Shown here: one piece after another, positions 17,891-26,673 of the stretch
Layout: every line of letters begins with the position of its first letter
Numbering within the stretch: the first letter of the stretch is position 1
Source of the DNA: Clostridia bacterium
GTDB taxonomy: Bacteria > Bacillota > Clostridia > Oscillospirales > CAG-272
Assembly: GCA_017513325.1 (NCBI GenBank)
Contig: JAFXGC010000096.1
Location: 1 to 36,333 of the forward strand
Length of the DNA stretch: 36,333 nt
Reading direction: 5' to 3'
Made by a program: the position numbers and the translations under genes
Notes under the pieces: generated by a model
The model's database searches: none
Told to the model about the DNA's origin: nothing
Seen by the model: the letters and a program-made list of their open reading frames with translations, nothing else

Positions 17891-20038
17891 TTACTTTTTG
17901 TTGAATTTATTGGGGCGAACAAGAAGCCAGATAAGAGCAGCAAGCACAACAAATGCGATTGCTGTAGCAACTGTAAATGCGCCGCCTGAAATAAGTGAAC
18001 CGATCTGGAACACGATAAGGGAAATTGCATATGCAAATACGCACATATAAGCAATTGCGCCAACGGACCACTTCCAGTTGTTCATTTCGCGCTTGATTGC
18101 ACCCATAGCCGCGAAGCAGGGAGCGCAAAGAAGGTTGAATATCATGAAGGAGAAACCAGCAAGCTTATTACCTGCAAATATTTCATAACCAACGAGAGCG
18201 AGCTTTGCGGATTCACCGGATTCAACAAGCTCGAATGCAAGATCAGCGTCGGCCATAGATGTGAGTGAACCGAATACGCCAACAACCTCTTCTTTAGCAA
18301 CCAGACCGAGAATTGTGGCAACTGCAGCCTGCCATGTGCCGAAACCAAGTGGCTTAAAAATAGTTGCAATTGCTGATCCTATGATATTGAGCACCGATGT
18401 TTCATCACCTGTTATAAAGTGGAGACCACCTTCAAAAGAAATACTGTTGAAAATCCAAATCAGTATGCTGGCAGCAAGAATAACAGTGCCGGCGCGCTTT
18501 ATAAAGGACCAACCTCTGTCCCATGTTGTTCTGAACACATTGCTTGCAACGGGAGCGTGGTATGCAGGGAGCTCCATTACGAAGGGAGCAGGGTCACCTG
18601 CAAAAAGTTTTGTTTTCTTGAGAATTATTCCGGAAACAACAACTGCGCCAATGCCTATAAAGTAAGCAGCAGTTGCAACCCAGGCGCTGCCGCCGAAGAG
18701 AGCTCCTGCAATAAGACCAACGATAGGCATTTTTGCACTGCAGGGAATAAAGCCGGTTGTCATAATAGTAATTTTGCGGTCGCGATCCTGTTCAATTGTA
18801 CGGCTCGCCATAATTCCGGGAACGCCACATCCACTTGCAATGAGCATAGGGATAAAGCTTTTTCCTGAAAGACCAAACTTACGGAAAAGTCTGTCCATAA
18901 TGAACGCAACTCTTGACATATATCCACAGTCTTCAAGAAGAGAGAGCATAATAAAGAGGATAAGCATCTGAGGAACGAAACCAAGAACAGCACCAACGCC
19001 GCTGAGAATTCCGTCAGCAATAAGACTTGTGAGCCAATCAGCACATCCTGCATTTACAAGAAAATCTGTAGCTCCGGGAATTATCCATTCTCCGAAAAGA
19101 ATGTCGTTCATAAAACCAACAGTCCAGTCACCGATTGTTCCGATAGAAATTGTATAAACAAACCACATAATTACTGCGAAAATAGGAAGCGCAAGGATTC
19201 TGTTAGTAAGAACCTTGTCTATTTTATCGGAAGTTGAAAGTTTGCCTGCATTTTTCTTAACATAGCACTGGCGAACAATATTTGTCACGTAAACGTATCG
19301 CTCGTTGGTGATGATAGCTTCTGCGTCATCATCAAGCTCTTCTTCAACAGCAACAATATCAGCTTCAATGTGGTCAAGTTTTGATTTTTCAAGGGAAAAG
19401 TCTTCAAGCAACTTGTAGTCACGTTCAAAAATCTTGATCGCATACCATCTTTGTTGTTCTTCGGGAAGGCTGTGAACTGTTGCTTCTTCGATGTGCGCTA
19501 TTGCGTGTTCAACAGTGCCTGAGAAAATATGACGGGGAATAATCTTTCCAATTTTAGCCGCTTCAATTGCTGCTTCTGCCGCTTCAATAATACCGTCACC
19601 TTTCAGCGCAGAAATTTCAACGATTTTGCAACCGATTTTTTTGCTTAGTTTTTCAATATCAATTATGTCACCGTTTCTGCGTACAATATCCATCATATTG
19701 ATTGCAATAACAACGGGAATTCCAAGCTCCATAAGCTGTGTTGTAAGATAAAGGTTTCTCTCAAGGTTAGTGCCGTCAACTATGTTTAAAATTGCATCTG
19801 GACGTTCACCTATGAGATAGTTTCTCGCAACAACCTCCTCAAGAGTGTAAGGAGAAAGGGAATAGATACCCGGAAGGTCTGTAACTGTAACGTTATCGTA
19901 TTTTTTTATTTTTCCTTCTTTTTTTTCAACAGTAACACCGGGCCAGTTGCCGACATACTGGTTAGCACCTGTAAGTGCATTAAACATGGTAGTCTTACCG
20001 CTGTTAGGATTTCCGGCAAGAGCAATGGTAATATTCAT
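17891..20038 (-). CDS. feoB: Ferrous iron transport protein B
   Basis: GNPNSGKT, GNWPGVTVE, DLPGIYSL GTPase motifs followed by a polytopic membrane domain (FIPCSAK, CAPCFA). Confidence 0.98.
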   Translation of the reverse strand: MNITIALAGNPNSGKTTMFNALTGANQYVGNWPGVTVEKKEGKIKKYDNVTVTDLPGIYSLSPYTLEEVVARNYLIGERPDAILNIVDGTNLERNLYLTTQLMELGIPVVIAINMMDIVRRNGDIIDIEKLSKKIGCKIVEISALKGDGIIEAAEAAIEAAKIGKIIPRHIFSGTVEHAIAHIEEATVHSLPEEQQRWYAIKIFERDYKLLEDFSLEKSKLDHIEADIVAVEEELDDDAEAIITNERYVYVTNIVRQCYVKKNAGKLSTSDKIDKVLTNRILALPIFAVIMWFVYTISIGTIGDWTVGFMNDILFGEWIIPGATDFLVNAGCADWLTSLIADGILSGVGAVLGFVPQMLILFIMLSLLEDCGYMSRVAFIMDRLFRKFGLSGKSFIPMLIASGCGVPGIMASRTIEQDRDRKITIMTTGFIPCSAKMPIVGLIAGALFGGSAWVATAAYFIGIGAVVVSGIILKKTKLFAGDPAPFVMELPAYHAPVASNVFRTTWDRGWSFIKRAGTVILAASILIWIFNSISFEGGLHFITGDETSVLNIIGSAIATIFKPLGFGTWQAAVATILGLVAKEEVVGVFGSLTSMADADLAFELVESGESAKLALVGYEIFAGNKLAGFSFMIFNLLCAPCFAAMGAIKREMNNWKWSVGAIAYMCVFAYAISLIVFQIGSLISGGAFTVATAIAFVVLAALIWLLVRPNKFNKK

Positions 20039-20055
20039 CGTAATGTCTCCTTGTC

Positions 20056-20071
20056 GTTAGCATTTGCTAAC
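20056..20071. promoter_or_regulatory. Palindromic operator box 3 (GTTAGC-N4-GCTAAC) between feoA and feoB
   Basis: GTTAGCATTTGCTAAC, same arms as the two boxes upstream of feoA. Confidence 0.7.
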
Positions 20072-20107
20072 CAAATGCTATAAAAACAAAAATAATTTCA
20101 GATTGGA

Positions 20108-20329
20108 TTATTCAACTTCTATCATTTCAGCATCAGCTTTTCTAATAGAAAGCTCATATCCGCGAACAGTTATTTCAAGAGGATCTCCAAGGGGCGCAAC
20201 TTTTCTAATACAGAGGTCCACTCCTTTAGTGATGCCCATATCCATAATTCTACGCTTAACTGCGCCTTCTCCATGGAGTTTAATTACTTTAACCGGCTTG
20301 CCTATTTTGGCATCTTTAAGTGTGTTCAT
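20108..20329 (-). CDS. feoA: Ferrous iron transport protein A
   Basis: KRRIMDMGITKG, APLGDPLE, RGYELSIRK; AAGGAG RBS before the ATG at 20329. Confidence 0.96.
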   Translation of the reverse strand: MNTLKDAKIGKPVKVIKLHGEGAVKRRIMDMGITKGVDLCIRKVAPLGDPLEITVRGYELSIRKADAEMIEVE

Positions 20330-20358
20330 ATGAATCTCCTTTAACATATAAACGTTAA

Positions 20359-20408
20359 GTTAGCGAGGGCTAACCGTACTTAATTTTTTAAGGTTAGCCT
20401 TCGCTAAC
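20359..20408. promoter_or_regulatory. Tandem palindromic operator boxes (20359-20374, 20393-20408), probable metal-dependent repressor sites
   Basis: GTTAGCGAGGGCTAAC and GTTAGCCTTCGCTAAC just downstream of the feoA -10. Confidence 0.8.
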
Positions 20409-20415
20409 CACAACT

Positions 20416-20444
20416 ATAATACTACCATAATTATCCTTTGTCAA
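20416..20444 (-). promoter_or_regulatory. Sigma-A promoter of the feo operon
   Basis: Minus strand TTGACA-N17-TATTAT. Confidence 0.75.
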
Positions 20445-20491
20445 GAACTTTTTTTGATTTTTTAAATTTTGTCAAAATTGAACTATTTTCG

Positions 20492-20520
20492 TTTACAAAT
20501 GTAAAATCCTGTGGTATACT
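20492..20520 (+). promoter_or_regulatory. Sigma-A promoter, probably producing a leaderless mRNA
   Basis: TTTACA-N17-TATACT with TG extension; only 7 nt separate it from the ATG at 20528. Confidence 0.65.
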
Positions 20521-20527
20521 TTTTTCT

Positions 20528-21310
20528 ATGAAAAAGGGTATATTTATATATTTTGGTTTTGAAATGGAAATGCGTGATCGTATTGATCTCGTGAAAAAAG
20601 CTGGCTTTGATTCCATAATGGTCTGGGCTGCTGATGAGGATATTGCCCACACAGTATCATATGCCAGGAAGCAGGGGCTTTATGTTTCAAATGCACATCT
20701 GCCTTTCAAAAATATCAATTGCATATGGGAAGAAGGAGATGCAGGGGATATAATGGCAGATGAGTTTTGCCGTCTTTTAAAAGTTTGCGGTGAGCTCAGT
20801 ATTCCTGCAGCTGTTTATCACGTGTCCAGCTCCTTTACGCCCCCGCCATATAATATGAAGGGAATAGAGCGTATCCGAAAAGTAGTTAAAGCCGCTGAAG
20901 AATACGGTGTTGATATAGCTTTTGAAAATCTTCGTAGGATAGACTATTTGCAATATGTATATGATAACGTAAAGTCAGAGAGAGCAAAGTTTTGTTTTGA
21001 TTGCGGACATCATAACTATTTGTGTCCCGAGCTTGATTTACTTGAAATGTTCGGCGATAAACTTGTAGCAGTCCATCTTCATGATAATTTTGGAGATTAT
21101 GATTGGCATATGTTGCCGTTTGATGCAAAAGTGGACTATGAAATGGTAGCCGGGGGACTTGCTTCAGTTGGGTACGAGGGTCCCGTTTCCCTGGAAGTGC
21201 ATCAGGACGTGCACGAGATGTATAAGGACTATACTCCCGAGCAGTTTGTGTTTGAGGCGTATGACAGAGCAGTTCTGATCGAGAAAATGATCAGCAACAA
21301 AACAGTGTAA
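20528..21310 (+). CDS. Sugar phosphate isomerase/epimerase-family (xylose isomerase-like TIM barrel) protein
   Basis: KAGFD, IAFEN, FCFDCGH, VHLHDN, HMLPF, SLE metal-ligand pattern. Confidence 0.88.
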   Translation: MKKGIFIYFGFEMEMRDRIDLVKKAGFDSIMVWAADEDIAHTVSYARKQGLYVSNAHLPFKNINCIWEEGDAGDIMADEFCRLLKVCGELSIPAAVYHVSSSFTPPPYNMKGIERIRKVVKAAEEYGVDIAFENLRRIDYLQYVYDNVKSERAKFCFDCGHHNYLCPELDLLEMFGDKLVAVHLHDNFGDYDWHMLPFDAKVDYEMVAGGLASVGYEGPVSLEVHQDVHEMYKDYTPEQFVFEAYDRAVLIEKMISNKTV

Positions 21311-21325
21311 ATATAGCGAATCTTG

Positions 21326-21354
21326 TTGACTATACAACAAGATCGGTTTATAAT
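21326..21354 (+). promoter_or_regulatory. Sigma-A promoter for the leader peptide/EamA gene
   Basis: TTGACT-N17-TATAAT; overlapped by the inverted repeat ATCTTGTTG-N6-CAACAAGAT (21320-21343). Confidence 0.75.
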
Positions 21355-21389
21355 AGTTGTAGCAAAAGATTCTATTTTATGAGGACTTT

Positions 21390-21461
21390 ATGAAAAAATT
21401 TATGTTGAACCAAGGAGTCCGTATTCAGAAATATTATCCTTATTTTTATCTCAGCGGCTGA
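21390..21461 (+). CDS. Putative leader peptide, 23 aa
   Basis: GAGGA RBS; MKKFMLNQGVRIQKYYPYFYLSG*; stop codon lies in the 5' arm of a hairpin (21458-21487). Confidence 0.6.
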   Translation: MKKFMLNQGVRIQKYYPYFYLSG

Positions 21462-21517
21462 TATTAAATTTTTATATTCAATATCAGTTATAATTAAAAA
21501 TTAAGGAGTATTAAATA

Positions 21518-22441
21518 ATGAATTGGTTTTGGTTTGCGATTTTAGCACTTATATGTTGGTCTGGTTCAGACCTGTTTTCAAAGATTGGCTGCCGCGACAG
21601 CGACGATAAAACAAGCCATCTTAAAATGGTAACGGCGGTTGGCGTCGTTATGGGTCTTCACGCTGCATACGTAATATTTGTTGGCGGCGTTGAAATTTCC
21701 TGGGACGTTATTATTACGTATCTTCCCGTATCAGCTTTGTATATTCTTTCCATGACCATTGGATATATGGGCCTTCGTTATATCGAGCTTTCAATTTCTT
21801 CACCTATCTGTAATTCATCCGGTGCGCTTGTAGCGGTAATGGCAATAACGATGTCTCTCATCACCCGTGACACAGCAGGCATCAGCGTGCCTCAGATTAT
21901 TGCAACGGCCCTTGTTTGTATCGGTGTTATAAGCCTTGGATTCGTTGAAGCAAGAGAGGACGAGGAGGCAAGACTTGTCCGTCAGTCTGTTTCAAATTAT
22001 AAGTATTCAAAATCTGTTTTAGCAATTCTTCTTCCCGTTATCTACTGTATTCTTGACGCAGCGGGAACCTTTGCAGACAGTCTTGTTCTTGAAAAGCTTA
22101 ACGAGGACAGCGCAAACGTTGCGTACGAGCTCACGTTCCTTGCTTGCGGTATCGTTTGCCTTGTCATTCTTCTTATTAAGCGTTCCAAGTTCACAGTAAA
22201 GAGAGAGGCTCCCAAATATATCGGCGCGCTCTTTGAAACGGTAGGACAGTTTGCATATATCTATGCTCTGGCAGATGAAGAGCACGTTGCGATGTCTGCT
22301 CCCATCATATCTGCTTATTGCCTTGCTTCCGTGCTTTGGAGTCGCCTTTTCCTTAAGGAAAAGCTTTCCTGGAAGCATTACGTTTCAATTGCTGTTGCAG
22401 CAGTTGGTATAGTAGTTCTCGGAGTTCTTGATGAATTATAA
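21518..22441 (+). CDS. EamA/DMT-family transporter
   Basis: About 10 TM helices in two repeats, C-terminal LFLKEKL motif; AAGGAG RBS. Confidence 0.9.
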   Translation: MNWFWFAILALICWSGSDLFSKIGCRDSDDKTSHLKMVTAVGVVMGLHAAYVIFVGGVEISWDVIITYLPVSALYILSMTIGYMGLRYIELSISSPICNSSGALVAVMAITMSLITRDTAGISVPQIIATALVCIGVISLGFVEAREDEEARLVRQSVSNYKYSKSVLAILLPVIYCILDAAGTFADSLVLEKLNEDSANVAYELTFLACGIVCLVILLIKRSKFTVKREAPKYIGALFETVGQFAYIYALADEEHVAMSAPIISAYCLASVLWSRLFLKEKLSWKHYVSIAVAAVGIVVLGVLDEL

Positions 22442-22449
22442 TACGAAAT

Positions 22450-22480
22450 AAAAAAGTCCGCTTTAAGCGGACTTTTTTTT
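22450..22480. terminator. Bidirectional terminator
   Basis: AAAAAAGTCCGCT-TTA-AGCGGACTTTTTT between convergent genes. Confidence 0.85.
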
Positions 22481-22927
22481 CAGTTTGTTAATTACGGCAA
22501 ATATAAATTTAACAAGAGATGAAATTGCGATAATTCCCATTGCAAGTGCAAGAGCAAGTTCTACGGTGTAGAAAGCTCTGGAGAAAAAATCATACCATTG
22601 CTGGTTCAAAGCGAATTTCATAGTATAATATAAAGAACCACCGGGAACGTGGGGAATGATAGCAGGAACGAGGAATGTTGTTGTTGGAGTTTTCATAATT
22701 CTTGCCAGTGCTTCGGCATAAACGGCAACGAAGGCAGCGGAAAGAAAATATCTTATAACCTCGCTTTCAAACCAAATCTGCAGAACAAGGCACAAGCTCC
22801 AGGAAAACAATCCACCGAGACCTGCCAGAATAAGTTTTTTTCCGCGGATGTTGTAAAGAATTGAGAATCCGAAAGACCCAATTGTGCCCATCAGCACCTG
22901 AATTATGCTTTTAACGATGATATTCAT
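22463..22927 (-). CDS. Threonine/serine exporter family, small subunit (ThrE_2/YjjB-like)
   Basis: GFSILYNI, ARIMKTP, PAIIPHVPGG; coupled to the upstream ThrE gene. Confidence 0.88.
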   Translation of the reverse strand: MNIIVKSIIQVLMGTIGSFGFSILYNIRGKKLILAGLGGLFSWSLCLVLQIWFESEVIRYFLSAAFVAVYAEALARIMKTPTTTFLVPAIIPHVPGGSLYYTMKFALNQQWYDFFSRAFYTVELALALAMGIIAISSLVKFIFAVINKLKKKSA

Positions 22928-23685
22928 ATTCCCGCACCTCCGATCACTAATGCGGATAAAATATATCCTGCAGCAATAGAAAGAGCGATGAGTATAACCT
23001 CACAAAGTCTTAAAACGCCTGCCATAATGTCACCACTTATAAGGTCTCGCAGAGAATTGGTCAGTCCAACTCCGGGGATAAGGAGCATAATATTTCCTAT
23101 AACAATATTGTCAATAGATTCCCCAAATCCGTTGTTCACGCACAGAAATGCCAAAAAGCACATTGCAAATGATGATAGAAGGCTGGAAAATACCTGATTT
23201 ACTTTGGATATTCCGTTGAGATATACGATCAATCGTAAAACAACGCCTATAATTGCAGAAACTCCTGCATCAGCGAAACTTCCTCCAAAGAAAACAGTGA
23301 AAGCCCCGGCTATCGCTCCGTATGTAATGCATTCAAACCACAAAGGATACCTTTTGGAGTTTTTGATGGCCTTGATTTTTTCGTGCACTACTTCGAGATC
23401 AGGTTTTTTTGTGCACATTTCTCTTGAAAGCTGGTTAAGCTTGTCAAGCTTGGTGAGATCGGTTTTATATGAAGAAATTCGGCGTGTCTGGGTAATGTTT
23501 CTGTGCTCATTGTCTTCAAGCGTTGCAATAATACTTGAGGTGATCGTAAAAACATCAATTCTCTTCACTCCGTATGAAGAACAGATTCGTTTGATGCAGT
23601 CTTCAACTCTGTATATTTCAGCACCGCTTATAAGCATTTGTTCGCCAATATCAAGAGCACAGGATAAAAGGAAGCTCGAGTCCAT
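22924..23685 (-). CDS. Threonine/serine exporter family protein (ThrE/YjjP-like)
   Basis: MLISGAEIYRVED, LNQLSR, FFGGS, MLLIPGVGLTNSLRDL. Confidence 0.9.
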   Translation of the reverse strand: MDSSFLLSCALDIGEQMLISGAEIYRVEDCIKRICSSYGVKRIDVFTITSSIIATLEDNEHRNITQTRRISSYKTDLTKLDKLNQLSREMCTKKPDLEVVHEKIKAIKNSKRYPLWFECITYGAIAGAFTVFFGGSFADAGVSAIIGVVLRLIVYLNGISKVNQVFSSLLSSFAMCFLAFLCVNNGFGESIDNIVIGNIMLLIPGVGLTNSLRDLISGDIMAGVLRLCEVILIALSIAAGYILSALVIGGAGI

Positions 23686-23750
23686 ATAACCTCCTGGATT
23701 TTTGATAAAAATATTGTATCACGATTTATGTTTTTTCGCAATAGAAATAT

Positions 23751-23780
23751 AAAAAACGAGGTGTTTCCACCTCGTTTTTT
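23751..23780 (-). terminator. Intrinsic terminator
   Basis: AAAAAACGAGGTG-TTTC-CACCTCGTTTTTT. Confidence 0.85.
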
Positions 23781-23782
23781 GC

Positions 23783-24946
23783 TTATTTTTCAAATTTATC
23801 TGTTTTGTCGTCAAATACTAACTTGTCCATGTTTGAATTGTCAATAACGTTGATCATAGTCTTGCCGCGGTTAAACTGAACCTCAGTTCCATCGGGGTAG
23901 TAGTATTTAATAACAGAATCATGAGCTTCTTTTTCCCAGTAAATGTGCACATAAGAACCGTTAGTTATGTAGTAAGCATCGCCTTTACCTGTTGTCTGCA
24001 TCCAGATTCTGTTCTTTTCATCGCCTGAAATACGTCCGGAATCGTTGTACATAAGAATAACGTTTGTAAAGGAAAGCTGAGTGTCAGTAGCGGAGTCCAT
24101 GTGCTTGTCACCGTTGTACTGATAACGGAGATATTCACCTGTTTCAGCATCATAAACGTAGTCAACGTACTGATATGAGGAAACGGGAACACCTATATGA
24201 GTTGCAAGATTGTCAAATTTAGCAGTTTCTTCGAGAGGCATGAATACCATAGGAGTTTCATAACCTTCAGCTTTATCTTTGTTATAACCAAGTGTTTCGA
24301 TCGCATTCTTGATTGCTTCGCCGCCCTGAAGGAAGAGTGTATGTTCGCTTGCAACACCTGCGTTGAGTCTGTCCTGGTCGCGTGCAAATGTTCCTTCGGG
24401 AGAAGGTCCGTTAACGCCATCAATGTGAGCATTTCCTCTGTTAGCCAATGTATCATAAGCAATGGGACTACCGCCTGCGTGGATGAAGATACAGTTAAAG
24501 CTTTCAGCATAGTCGATGTAATAATCTCTTGCACTGCGAACGGAACCAACCTTGGGAAGTTTTTCATATTCTGTAGAGATCATCATAAGTCTTGTGATAC
24601 CACCTTCTGCAAGACACTCAAAAATGATATCTGCAGAGGAGATGCCTGACTGAGGAAGGCTTGCACCGATGTTGTTTATCATAACAGAGATAGGGCGTCT
24701 CTTTGAAAGATCAACACTACTCTCAAGACCTGTAAGGGGATTTATAAACTGAGCATCAACGTCGGGCTCGTCTGTTTCGGGAGCATCTGTTGAGGGATCA
24801 GTTTCGGGATCTTTTTTCTGTGTTTCTTTCTGCTGTGTTTCTTTTGCTGAAGTATCAGCGGGAGTTTCGTCATCTTTCTTGCATGCGCAAATGGAGAAGA
24901 TCATAAGTGCAGCAAGAAGAAGAGCTAATATACGTTTAAAATTCAT
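23783..24946 (-). CDS. DUF3048/YerB-like lipoprotein
   Basis: Lipobox-like ICAC after a signal peptide, acidic linker, NPLTGL, RPISVMINN, PQSGIS, EGGITR, GSVRSAR. Confidence 0.85.
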   Translation of the reverse strand: MNFKRILALLLAALMIFSICACKKDDETPADTSAKETQQKETQKKDPETDPSTDAPETDEPDVDAQFINPLTGLESSVDLSKRRPISVMINNIGASLPQSGISSADIIFECLAEGGITRLMMISTEYEKLPKVGSVRSARDYYIDYAESFNCIFIHAGGSPIAYDTLANRGNAHIDGVNGPSPEGTFARDQDRLNAGVASEHTLFLQGGEAIKNAIETLGYNKDKAEGYETPMVFMPLEETAKFDNLATHIGVPVSSYQYVDYVYDAETGEYLRYQYNGDKHMDSATDTQLSFTNVILMYNDSGRISGDEKNRIWMQTTGKGDAYYITNGSYVHIYWEKEAHDSVIKYYYPDGTEVQFNRGKTMINVIDNSNMDKLVFDDKTDKFEK

Positions 24947-24979
24947 AATACCATGTCCTTTCTTTTCTGAATTTTAAAA

Positions 24980-25300
24980 TTAGTTACCAATGAGACGTTC
25001 AAGCCAGATTATACCCAGTTCAAAAGCCTCGTATAGTCCGTTTTTAAGATCCTGTTTAACGATTTTTTCTCCATCGGAAAGTGCAGGATCAGTTTTCATA
25101 ACCTGAACGATAACTTTGTCGGGAACAGAGTTGCCCATATATTCTTTTTCGTTCATAATGATGAGAGAAAGAATATATTCATCGTCCATATTTCCGTAAA
25201 TTATAGTATTTCCTTCGCGAACCAGGGGGCGTTCCTTATACATCAGGAATTTGCCTTTAACTGTTGCGCCGTCAAGGATGCTTTTTGTTTCTTCATTCAT
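24980..25300 (-). CDS. Hypothetical protein
   Basis: AAAGGA RBS, 106-aa ORF, upstream TTGACA-N17-TATTAT (25335-25363). Confidence 0.8.
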   Translation of the reverse strand: MNEETKSILDGATVKGKFLMYKERPLVREGNTIIYGNMDDEYILSLIIMNEKEYMGNSVPDKVIVQVMKTDPALSDGEKIVKQDLKNGLYEAFELGIIWLERLIGN

Positions 25301-25431
25301 AGTAATAGTTCCTTTCTTGACATATGCTTCTAATATAATACTACAAAAACCAGTCAATGTCAAGATACAGTTTGGTATATATAGCACAAACACAACATAT
25401 ATTGTTATAAAATATTTAAGGAGAATGTACA

Positions 25432-26580
25432 GTGAAAAGAATTTTATCCTTGTTTTTGACTTTTTTGGCTATTTTTTTCATTATTCCTTTTAATTGTTAC
25501 GCTATTGAAGATAATGCACCATTTGAACTTAAAGCCAAAAGTGCAGTACTTATGGATGCAGAAAGTGGTGAAATAATCTATGCAAAAAATGCTGATGAAC
25601 CGCTTCCGCCTGCATCGGTCACAAAGGTGATGACACTATTGCTTGTTATGGAAGCTATCAATGACGGAATTATCAAACTTGAAGATATGGTTTCTGTCAG
25701 TCAGAATGCAGCTTCAATGGGAGGATCTCAAGTATTTCTTGAACCCGGAGAAGAAATGAGTGTTGATGAAATGCTCAAATGCGTTGTTGTCTCAAGCGCA
25801 AACGACGCAGCTGTTGCTCTTGCGGAGAAAGTTGCCGGAAGTGAAGCCACGTTTGTTCAGAGAATGAATGACAGGGCAAAAGAACTGGGAATGAATAACA
25901 CAAATTTTGAAAATGTAACCGGTCTTGACGACAGCGTAACAAATCATACAATAAGTGCTCATGATATTGCAGTTGCGTCAAGAGAGCTTATTACAAAACA
26001 TCCAAAAATATTTGATTATACAACTATATGGATGGATACTATCAGAAACGGCGAATTCGGACTTTCAAACACCAACAGACTTATAAGATATTATAACGGC
26101 GCTACAGGTTTAAAAACAGGTTCAACATCAAAGGCAGGATTTTGTATCAGTGCAACTGCAAAGCGTGATAATATGCATCTCATAGCAGTTATAATGGGCT
26201 CTTCAACAAGAGATGAACGCAATGCTGCCGCTTCTACTTTGCTAGATTGGGGATTTGCTACTTTTTCTGTTTTTAAGGCGGAAGGCGGCGATGCCGGGAG
26301 CGTAAAACTGATGGGTGGAAAAACTGATAAGATAAATATAGAATATGAAGCCTTTTCTAAACTCCTGGGAAAAGGTAAAGAACAAAAAATAACGACTGAA
26401 ATGGAAATACCGGATTGTGTGTATGCACCAATAAAAAAAGGAGATAAGGTTGGAAGCGTTAAGTTTCTGTGTGATGGGAAATCTATAGGAGAAGTTGATG
26501 TTGTCAGCACAGAGGACGCTGAGCGAATTGGCTTCTTTGACATTTTAGTAAGAATTTGGCAAAATTACTTTATGTTTTAG
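25432..26580 (+). CDS. D-alanyl-D-alanine carboxypeptidase (peptidase S11, DacF/DacB-like)
   Basis: SVTK (SxxK), SAN (SxN), KTG motifs, signal peptide, PBP5-type C-terminal domain. Confidence 0.93.
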   Translation: MKRILSLFLTFLAIFFIIPFNCYAIEDNAPFELKAKSAVLMDAESGEIIYAKNADEPLPPASVTKVMTLLLVMEAINDGIIKLEDMVSVSQNAASMGGSQVFLEPGEEMSVDEMLKCVVVSSANDAAVALAEKVAGSEATFVQRMNDRAKELGMNNTNFENVTGLDDSVTNHTISAHDIAVASRELITKHPKIFDYTTIWMDTIRNGEFGLSNTNRLIRYYNGATGLKTGSTSKAGFCISATAKRDNMHLIAVIMGSSTRDERNAAASTLLDWGFATFSVFKAEGGDAGSVKLMGGKTDKINIEYEAFSKLLGKGKEQKITTEMEIPDCVYAPIKKGDKVGSVKFLCDGKSIGEVDVVSTEDAERIGFFDILVRIWQNYFMF

Positions 26581-26673
26581 CAAAATAAATCAATTATAGA
26601 CCTTGAAAAAAATAATAAAATGTTGTAGAATTGTTTCAACGAGATTAATAGTAAGTAATTGGAGGAACCCAAA

